This document shows positions 57,974-64,000 of a stretch of DNA of 64,000 nucleotides, in pieces. The DNA comes from Bacillota bacterium (GTDB taxonomy: Bacteria; Bacillota; Limnochordia; Limnochordales; Limnochordaceae): assembly GCA_017577405.1 (NCBI GenBank), contig PIUA01000025.1, forward strand, positions 5,525 to 69,524, in the 5' to 3' direction. A program made the position numbers and the translations under genes. The notes beneath the pieces are model-generated. The model had not been told where the DNA came from, searched no databases, and worked only from the letters and a program-made list of their open reading frames with translations. Position 1 is the stretch's first letter. Every line of letters starts with the position of its first letter.

Positions 57974-58361
57974 CCAGACCGACCCCGGGTGGCACCGGGC
58001 CCGGAACTTGGCCGAATCGGTCCGTTTCGCCTGGCAAGGGTTCCGCCTGGCCTTCCGGACCCAGCGGAACCTGCGCATCGACCTGGTGGTGGCCGCCGCC
58101 GCCCTGGCCACCGCCTGGCTTTTGAAGCTGCCCCTGGGGGAGCTGGCCTTGGTAGCGCTGACCTGCGCGGTGGTCATCGCCGCGGAGCTCTTCAACTCGG
58201 CCCTGGAAGCGGTGGTCGATCTGGTTCAGGCCCAGGCCGATCCCCTGGCCCGGCGGGCCAAGGACATGGCCGCGGCCGCGGTCTTGGTCTGCGCTGTGGG
58301 TGCGGCGGTGGTGGGCGGTCTCCTCTTCGGGCCCCGGCTTTTTGCCCTCTGGTTCCGCTAG
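57963..58361 (+). CDS. dgkA: Diacylglycerol/undecaprenol kinase family protein
   Basis: FAWQG, QRNLR, ELFNSALEAVVD and AKDMAAAAV. Confidence 0.92.
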   Translation: MERNQTDPGWHRARNLAESVRFAWQGFRLAFRTQRNLRIDLVVAAAALATAWLLKLPLGELALVALTCAVVIAAELFNSALEAVVDLVQAQADPLARRAKDMAAAAVLVCAVGAAVVGGLLFGPRLFALWFR

Positions 58362-58382
58362 GTACCGTCCCTTGGCAGCTTC

Positions 58383-58391
58383 TGGTATAAT
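58383..58391 (+). promoter_or_regulatory. Extended -10 promoter upstream of cdd-queA-tgt-yajC
   Basis: TGGTATAAT. Confidence 0.6.
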
Positions 58392-58429
58392 GGGGGCCGT
58401 ATGCGCAAGGCGGGGGGAGGCTGGATCCG

Positions 58430-58855
58430 ATGGCGGAGGCATGGCTTCGGGACGAGGACGAAGCGCTGCTCGCGGCAGCCCGCCTGGCGCGGGAGCGGGC
58501 CTACGCCCCCTACTCCCGCTTCCCGGTGGGGGCGGCGGTGCGCGCGGCTGATGGCCGCATCTTCCAGGGCTGCAACATCGAGAACGCCTCCTACGGGCTC
58601 ACCATCTGCGCGGAGCGGGTGGCGGTCTTCCAGGCGGTGGCGGCCGGTGTCCGGCAGCTGGTGGCGGTGGCGGTGGTCGGGCCGGGCGATGAGCCGTGCC
58701 GGCCGTGCGGGGCCTGCCGCCAGGTCTTGCGGGAGTTCGGCCTCGAGATGCGGGTGATCATGGCGGGCGAGGACGGGCCGGTGGAGGTCACGACCCTGGA
58801 CGAGCTCCTGCCCCGCTCCTTTGGCCCCGATCACCTGGGCCCCCAGCCCGGCTGA
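58430..58855 (+). CDS. cdd: Cytidine deaminase (tetrameric type)
   Basis: AYAPYSRFPVGAA, GCNIENASYGLTICAER and PCGACRQ. Confidence 0.97.
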   Translation: MAEAWLRDEDEALLAAARLARERAYAPYSRFPVGAAVRAADGRIFQGCNIENASYGLTICAERVAVFQAVAAGVRQLVAVAVVGPGDEPCRPCGACRQVLREFGLEMRVIMAGEDGPVEVTTLDELLPRSFGPDHLGPQPG

Positions 58856-58870
58856 GGGGAGCGGTGGGCC

Positions 58871-59923
58871 GTGCGGATGGCCGATTTTGATTACACCTTG
58901 CCGCCCGAGGCCATCGCCCAGGAGCCGGTGGAGCCTCGGGATGCTTCCCGGCTGTTGGTGCTCCATCGCGGCGACGGCCGCCTGGAGCACCGGATCTTCC
59001 GGGAGCTGCCCCAGTACCTCCGCCCCGGCGATGTGCTGGTGGTCAACGAAAGCCGGGTCCGGCCCGCCCGCCTGGTGGGGGAGAAAGAGGGAACAGGCGG
59101 GGTGGTGGAGCTCCTCCTCCTCCGGCCTGACGCCGACGGGGCGTGGGAGTGCCTGGCCCGCCCCGGCCGGCGGCTCCGGCCGGGCCAGTGGCTGGTCTTC
59201 GGCGGCGGGCAACTCCGAGCCCAGGTGCTGCCCAGCCGACCCGACAGCCCGGCGGGGGTCCGCCGGGTCCGGCTGGTCCATGAGGGCTCCCTGGACCAGG
59301 TCTTGGAGGCTCTGGGGCGGGTGCCGCTCCCGCCCTACATCCACCGGGAGCTGGCCGACCCCGAGCGGTACCAGACGGTCTACGCCAAGGAACCGGGGTC
59401 CGCAGCGGCCCCCACCGCTGGGCTCCACTTCACGCCGAGGCTCTTGGAGCAGATCGAGGCCTTGGGGGTGGCGGTGGTGCCCGTCGTCCTCCATGTGGGG
59501 CTGGACACCTTCCGGCCCGTCACCGAGGAGGAGGCGGAGGCACACCCCATGCACCGGGAGTACTTTGCCGTGCCCCCTGAGACGGCCCAGGCGGTCAACG
59601 GGGCCCGGGCCCGAGGGGGACGGGTGGTGGCGGTGGGGACCACCACCGTCCGCGCCTTGGAGTCGGCGGCCCTCGAGACCGAGGCCAGGGGAAGGGGCCC
59701 GGTGATCGAGGCGGGCAGTGGCTGGACGGACCTTTACATTCTCCCGGGGTACCGCTTCCGGGCCGTCGATGCCCTCATCACCAACTTCCACCTGCCCCGT
59801 TCCACCCTGCTCTTGCTGGTCTCGGCCTTCGCTGGGCGGGAGGCCATCCTGCAGGCCTATCAGGTCGCCCTGGCGGAAGGGTATCGCTTCTACAGCTTTG
59901 GCGACGCGATGCTGATCCTCTAG
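58871..59923 (+). CDS. queA: S-adenosylmethionine:tRNA ribosyltransferase-isomerase
   Basis: [35 protein letters not shown] and [10 protein letters not shown]. Confidence 0.97.
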   Translation: MRMADFDYTLPPEAIAQEPVEPRDASRLLVLHRGDGRLEHRIFRELPQYLRPGDVLVVNESRVRPARLVGEKEGTGGVVELLLLRPDADGAWECLARPGRRLRPGQWLVFGGGQLRAQVLPSRPDSPAGVRRVRLVHEGSLDQVLEALGRVPLPPYIHRELADPERYQTVYAKEPGSAAAPTAGLHFTPRLLEQIEALGVAVVPVVLHVGLDTFRPVTEEEAEAHPMHREYFAVPPETAQAVNGARARGGRVVAVGTTTVRALESAALETEARGRGPVIEAGSGWTDLYILPGYRFRAVDALITNFHLPRSTLLLLVSAFAGREAILQAYQVALAEGYRFYSFGDAMLIL

Positions 59924-59928
59924 GGGGT

Positions 59929-61098
59929 GTGGCGGTGGTCGGGAGCTTTGAGGTGACGGCCCAGGATCCGACGTCCGCCGCCCGGTGCGGCCGGCTGGTG
60001 ACGGCCCACGGGGTGGTGGAGACGCCCGCCTTCATGCCCGTGGGCACCCAGGCGACGGTCAAGACCCTCTCCAGCGAGGACCTGGAGGAGCTGGGGGCCA
60101 CCATGATCCTGGGGAACACCTACCACCTCTACCTCCGTCCGGGAGCCGAGCGGATCGACCGCCTGGGCGGGCTCCACCGGTTCATGTCCTGGTCCCGGGG
60201 GATCCTCACCGATTCAGGCGGCTTTCAGGTGATGAGCCTCAGCTCCCTGCGGCGGGTGGATGAGGACGGGGTCACCTTCCGCTCCCACCTGGACGGCTCC
60301 ACCCACCGGTTGACGCCGGAGCGGGCGATCCAGATCCAGGAACTCCTGGGCAGCGACGTGGCCATGGTCCTGGACGAGTGCCTCCCCTACCCGGGCCCGC
60401 CCCCGGAGGAGGTGGAGGCGAGCCTCCGCCGGACGGAACGCTGGGCCGAGCGGGCCCTGCGGGCCCACCGGCGCCAAGACCAGCTTCTCTTCGGCATCGT
60501 CCAGGGCGGCATGGAGCCCGACCTGCGGCGCCAGGCCGCCCGGCACCTGGCCCAGATGGACTTTGCCGGGTACGGCATCGGGGGCCTGAGCGTGGGCGAG
60601 CCCAAAGAGCTGATGTACCAGCTCCTCGACGTGATCACCCCGGAGCTCCCCCCGGACCGGCCCCGCTACCTGATGGGCGTGGGCTCGCCCGATGCCATCG
60701 CCGAGGCGGTGGCCCGAGGGGTCGACCTCTTCGACTCGGTCCTCCCCACTCGGATCGCCCGCCACGGGACGGTCTTCACCCGCCAAGGGCCCATCACCAT
60801 CAAGAACGCCCGCTACGCGGAGGACGACCAGCCCATCGATCCCCAGTGTGACTGCAAAGTCTGCCGCCGGTACAGCCGGGCGTACCTCCGCCACCTCTTC
60901 AACGCGGGGGAGAGCCTCGGCCCGCGGCTGGGTACGTATCACAACCTGTACGTCCTTCTGCGGCTGATGGAGAGGATAAGAGCGGCCATCCGGCAGGGCA
61001 CCTTTGCCCAGGTTCGCCAGGAGGCGGCTGCCCTCTTCCCCCCGCGGCAAGGATCGCCGGGGTCGGATCCGGCCCCAACCACGGAGGTGAACCGATAA
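59929..61098 (+). CDS. tgt: tRNA-guanine transglycosylase (preQ1-inserting type)
   Basis: TPAFMPVGT, NTYHL, TDSGGFQ, DEC, GGLSVGE and CDCKVC…H zinc site. Confidence 0.97.
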   Translation: MAVVGSFEVTAQDPTSAARCGRLVTAHGVVETPAFMPVGTQATVKTLSSEDLEELGATMILGNTYHLYLRPGAERIDRLGGLHRFMSWSRGILTDSGGFQVMSLSSLRRVDEDGVTFRSHLDGSTHRLTPERAIQIQELLGSDVAMVLDECLPYPGPPPEEVEASLRRTERWAERALRAHRRQDQLLFGIVQGGMEPDLRRQAARHLAQMDFAGYGIGGLSVGEPKELMYQLLDVITPELPPDRPRYLMGVGSPDAIAEAVARGVDLFDSVLPTRIARHGTVFTRQGPITIKNARYAEDDQPIDPQCDCKVCRRYSRAYLRHLFNAGESLGPRLGTYHNLYVLLRLMERIRAAIRQGTFAQVRQEAAALFPPRQGSPGSDPAPTTEVNR

Positions 61099-61514
61099 TG
61101 CTCTACTTCCAGGCGGAGGCGGGCCAGCCCAGTCTCATCGCCGGCCTCCTCCCCTTCATCCTGATGCTGGTCATCTTCTACTTCCTGCTGATCCGCCCCC
61201 AGCAGAAGCAGCAGCGGCAGCGGCAGGAGATGCTCCGGAACCTGCGCAAAGGGAACCGGGTGGTGACCATCGGCGGCATCTACGGGGAGATCGTCGCCAT
61301 CACCGATGAGACCATCAAGCTGAAGGTGGCCGACCGGGTGGAGCTCCTCATGACCCGGAACGCCGTCAGCCATGTGCTGGAGAGCAAGACCCTGCCTGAC
61401 GTGAAGGACGAAGAGGCGGAGGCGGCGACGGCCGGGGAGGCCAAGGTGGAAGACCAGCCGGCGGCCCAGGACGGGGCTGGCGGCGAGGGTGATTCGAACA
61501 AGAACGGAGCGTGA
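61098..61514 (+). CDS. yajC: Preprotein translocase subunit YajC
   Basis: FYFLLIRPQQK…GNRVVTIGGIYG; acidic C-terminal tail. Confidence 0.95.
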   Translation: MLYFQAEAGQPSLIAGLLPFILMLVIFYFLLIRPQQKQQRQRQEMLRNLRKGNRVVTIGGIYGEIVAITDETIKLKVADRVELLMTRNAVSHVLESKTLPDVKDEEAEAATAGEAKVEDQPAAQDGAGGEGDSNKNGA

Positions 61515-61532
61515 CGGAGGAGGGGTCGGTCG

Positions 61533-62240
61533 ATGGCGGGCAGGCGTCCGGAGGAGGAACGGGCGGCGGTGCGGCAGGGGGTGATCACCCTCAAAGAGGT
61601 GAAGCAGCACCCCGCCATCGACGCGTACCTCCGCCAGGCCGACATCCACCTGGCGGCCATGGGCTTCACCGAGCACGGGCACCGGCACTGCGGGCTGGTG
61701 GCCAGCATCGCCGGCAACATCCTGCGGCGGCTGGGGCGGCCCCAGCGGGTGGTGGAGCTGGGCGAGATCGCGGGCTACACCCACGACCTGGGGAATTGCA
61801 TCAGCCGGGACCGCCACTGGATCACGGGCGCGGTGTTGGTGGGGCGGATCCTGGAAGAGATGGGCATGCCCTACCAGGAGATCGGGGTGATCATGGGCGC
61901 CATCGGTAACCACGAGGAGCCCGAGGGGATCCCGGTCAACGACGTCTCCGCGGCGGTCATCCTGGCGGACAAGACCGACGTCCACCGCTCCCGAGTCCGC
62001 AACAAGGACGTGGCCACCTTCGACATCCACGACCGGGTCAACTACGCGGTGGTCCACTCCTTCCTCAACGTGGAGCCCCAGGCCAAGCAGATCACCCTGA
62101 CCCTGACCATCGAAACGGAGATCTGTCCGGTGATGGAGTACTTTGAGATCTTCCTCACCCGCATGGTGATGTGCCGGCGGGCGGCGGAGTTCCTCGGCTG
62201 TCAGTTTGGCCTGGAGGTGAACGGGGCCAAGCTTCTTTGA
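61533..62240 (+). CDS. HD-domain phosphohydrolase
   Basis: GFTEHGHRH, HDLGN, GNHEE, ILADK and DIHDRVNYAV. Confidence 0.88.
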   Translation: MAGRRPEEERAAVRQGVITLKEVKQHPAIDAYLRQADIHLAAMGFTEHGHRHCGLVASIAGNILRRLGRPQRVVELGEIAGYTHDLGNCISRDRHWITGAVLVGRILEEMGMPYQEIGVIMGAIGNHEEPEGIPVNDVSAAVILADKTDVHRSRVRNKDVATFDIHDRVNYAVVHSFLNVEPQAKQITLTLTIETEICPVMEYFEIFLTRMVMCRRAAEFLGCQFGLEVNGAKLL

Positions 62241-62266
62241 CACCCCTTTACAGCCAACGGTATAAT
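62237..62266 (+). promoter_or_regulatory. Consensus SigA promoter of secDF
   Basis: TTGACA, 18 bp, TATAAT; the -35 overlaps the stop codon of the HD gene. Confidence 0.8.
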
Positions 62267-62316
62267 GGGCCCGTTGTCCGGAGTGTGGGGTTGTGCTCCC
62301 TGGGGAGGCCGTACTC

Positions 62317-63525
62317 GTGGTCAAGCGACATCGCTGGCAAATCCTCACCCTCTTCCTGTTGGTGGTGGCCGGGCTGGCTGTGCTCTACCTGAACCCGTTC
62401 CGCCTGGGCCTGGACCTCCAAGGCGGGGTCCATGTGGTCCTCCAGGCGGTGCCCGGCGGGGACGCGGTCACCGATGAGGCCATGGCGGGCGCGCTCGCCG
62501 TGGTGGAGCGGCGGGTCAACGGGTTGGGCGTGGTGGAGCCCGTCATCCAGCGGGAGGGCCGGGACCGGATCATCGTCGAGCTGCCGGGTCTGCAGGACGC
62601 TCACGAGGCCATCCGGGTCATCGGCCAGACGGCCCAGCTGGAGATCCAGGATCCCTTCGGCCAGACGGTCCTCACCGGCGCCGATCTGGCCGACGCCCAT
62701 CTGGGCCGGGACGAGCTGGGCCGTCCCGCGGTGGATGTCACCTTCACCGAGGAAGGCGCCCGGAAGTTCGCCCAGCTCACCACCCTCTGGCAGGGGTACC
62801 AGATTCCGCACCTGCTGGACGGGGAGCTCCTGGTGGCCCCGGTGGTCCAGGAGCCCATCACCCAGGGCCGGGGGATCATTACGGGCAACTTTACCCTGGA
62901 AGAGGCCCGGCACCTGGCCATCCAGCTGAAGAGCGGGGCGCTCCCCGTACCGCTGGAGCCTGTGGAGGTCCGTCACGTGGGCCCCAGCCTGGGCGCCGAC
63001 TCCTTGCGGAGCAGCTGGCAGGCGGGGATCATCAGCGGGGTTCTCGTCATCCTCTTCATGATCGCCTTCTACCGGGTGGCAGGGGCGGTGGCGGGCTTCT
63101 GCCTCCTGCTCTACCTGCTCCTGGACCTGGCCGCCCTGGTCCTTCTGGGGGCCACCTTCACCTTGCCGGGCCTGGCGGGGATCATCCTCTCCATCGGAAT
63201 GGCGGTGGACGCCAACGTCATCATCTTTGAGCGGATCAAGGAGGAGCTGCGGGCGGGCAAGCGGGCCCGGGCGGCGGTGCGGGCAGGCTTCACCCGGGCC
63301 TTCCGGGCCATCCTGGACGCCAACGTGACCACCCTGATCGTGGCCGCGGTCCTCTTCTTCTCCACGACGGGTCCCGTTCAGGGCTTCGCCGTTACCCTCT
63401 CCATCGGGATTTTGATCAGCATGTTCACGGCCATCGTGGCGACCCGCTGGATTCTGGAGCTGATCACCGACCGGAATCCCCACTGGTTGAGCGGCACCAC
63501 GGCCGCAAGGGGGCTGGTGAAGTGA
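62317..63525 (+). CDS. secD: Protein translocase subunit SecD
   Basis: LGLDLQGG, RRVNGLGV.EP, SGALP, VGPSLG and GMAVDANVIIFERI. Confidence 0.96.
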   Translation: MVKRHRWQILTLFLLVVAGLAVLYLNPFRLGLDLQGGVHVVLQAVPGGDAVTDEAMAGALAVVERRVNGLGVVEPVIQREGRDRIIVELPGLQDAHEAIRVIGQTAQLEIQDPFGQTVLTGADLADAHLGRDELGRPAVDVTFTEEGARKFAQLTTLWQGYQIPHLLDGELLVAPVVQEPITQGRGIITGNFTLEEARHLAIQLKSGALPVPLEPVEVRHVGPSLGADSLRSSWQAGIISGVLVILFMIAFYRVAGAVAGFCLLLYLLLDLAALVLLGATFTLPGLAGIILSIGMAVDANVIIFERIKEELRAGKRARAAVRAGFTRAFRAILDANVTTLIVAAVLFFSTTGPVQGFAVTLSIGILISMFTAIVATRWILELITDRNPHWLSGTTAARGLVK

Positions 63526-64000
63526 CCTTCGATTGGGTGGGGCACCGCCGCATCTTCTATCTCATTTCGGCTGTCTTGGTGGTCGGGAGCTTGCTCCTGC
63601 TCGCGACCAGGGGCCTCAACGCGGGGATCGACTTCACCGAGGGGACCCTCCTTGAGCGGGCCTTCGGCCGGATGGTGAGCGAGACGGAGGTCCGGGAGGC
63701 CCTGGCCGATCCCGCCCTGGCGGGCGCGGACCTGGGCACCCCCCAGATCCAGCACTTGGACGGGGGCCGGAGCCTCCTCATCCGGGTCCGGGCTCTGGGC
63801 CCGGAGACCATCGCCACCATCGATCGGGTCCTGGAGGAACGGCTAGGCTCCGTCCAGGTTTTGCGGACGGAAGTAGTCCACCCGGTGGTCGGCAAGGAGC
63901 TCCTCGGGAAGGCGTTGATCGCCCTGGGCCTGGCCGCCGTGGGCATTCTGATCTACGTCTCCCTCCGCTTTGAGCCCAGCTTTGGCCTCATGGCCATCCT
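63522..64000 (+). CDS. secF: Protein translocase subunit SecF, 3' end outside window
   Basis: Not in the ORF track. GTG 63522 overlaps the secD stop and reads MTFDWVGHRR…GLNAGIDFTEGT…VHPVVGKEL…IYVSLRFE. Confidence 0.93.
   Translation, partial: MTFDWVGHRRIFYLISAVLVVGSLLLLATRGLNAGIDFTEGTLLERAFGRMVSETEVREALADPALAGADLGTPQIQHLDGGRSLLIRVRALGPETIATIDRVLEERLGSVQVLRTEVVHPVVGKELLGKALIALGLAAVGILIYVSLRFEPSFGLMAI

Noticed and set aside
1-64000. CRISPR arrays, tRNA/rRNA genes, IS elements, integrases, prophage genes
   Set aside because: No spaced direct repeats, tRNA arms or transposase/integrase motifs were seen; intergenic gaps are short and otherwise explained. This is a visual reading only.

Overview
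This is a 64 kb high-GC chromosomal segment from an endospore-forming Firmicute (gpr, spoIIP, yqfC/yqfD, a T-box riboswitch, HrcA/CIRCE). It also encodes a LolA-like protein and a probable outer-membrane beta-barrel, which suggests a diderm lineage such as Limnochordia (inference). The backbone is the conserved Firmicute order leuS-comEA-comEC-holA-rpsT-gpr-spoIIP-lepA-hemW-hrcA-grpE-dnaK-dnaJ-prmA-rpsU-yqfC-yqfD-pgpH-ybeY-dgkA-cdd, joined to queA-tgt-yajC-HD-secD-secF. The left 18 kb holds a Liv-type ABC importer, rhodanese+IscU/SufU, a UgtP-like glycosyltransferase, a lone sufB+Rieske, apgM, a LysM protein, an Lrp regulator with an ABC importer, and trkAH. Four gene blocks interrupt the backbone: (1) yidE/aspT-pckA divergent from a radical SAM/SPASM gene; (2) an L,D-transpeptidase plus an orphan solute-binding protein splitting gpr from spoIIP; (3) murJ plus a small membrane protein; (4) an MMPL + LolA-like + beta-barrel operon with its own strong promoter. 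Block 4 is the best candidate for an undescribed system (trans-envelope lipid transport). Other observations are an unannotated 25-codon ORF, six SigH-like promoters, a T-box with a non-consensus antiterminator bulge, and a structured rpsU leader. No tRNA, rRNA, CRISPR array or mobile element was seen. All calls come from reading motifs by eye; no database searches were run, and several starts were moved downstream from the ORF track using RBS and family N-termini.
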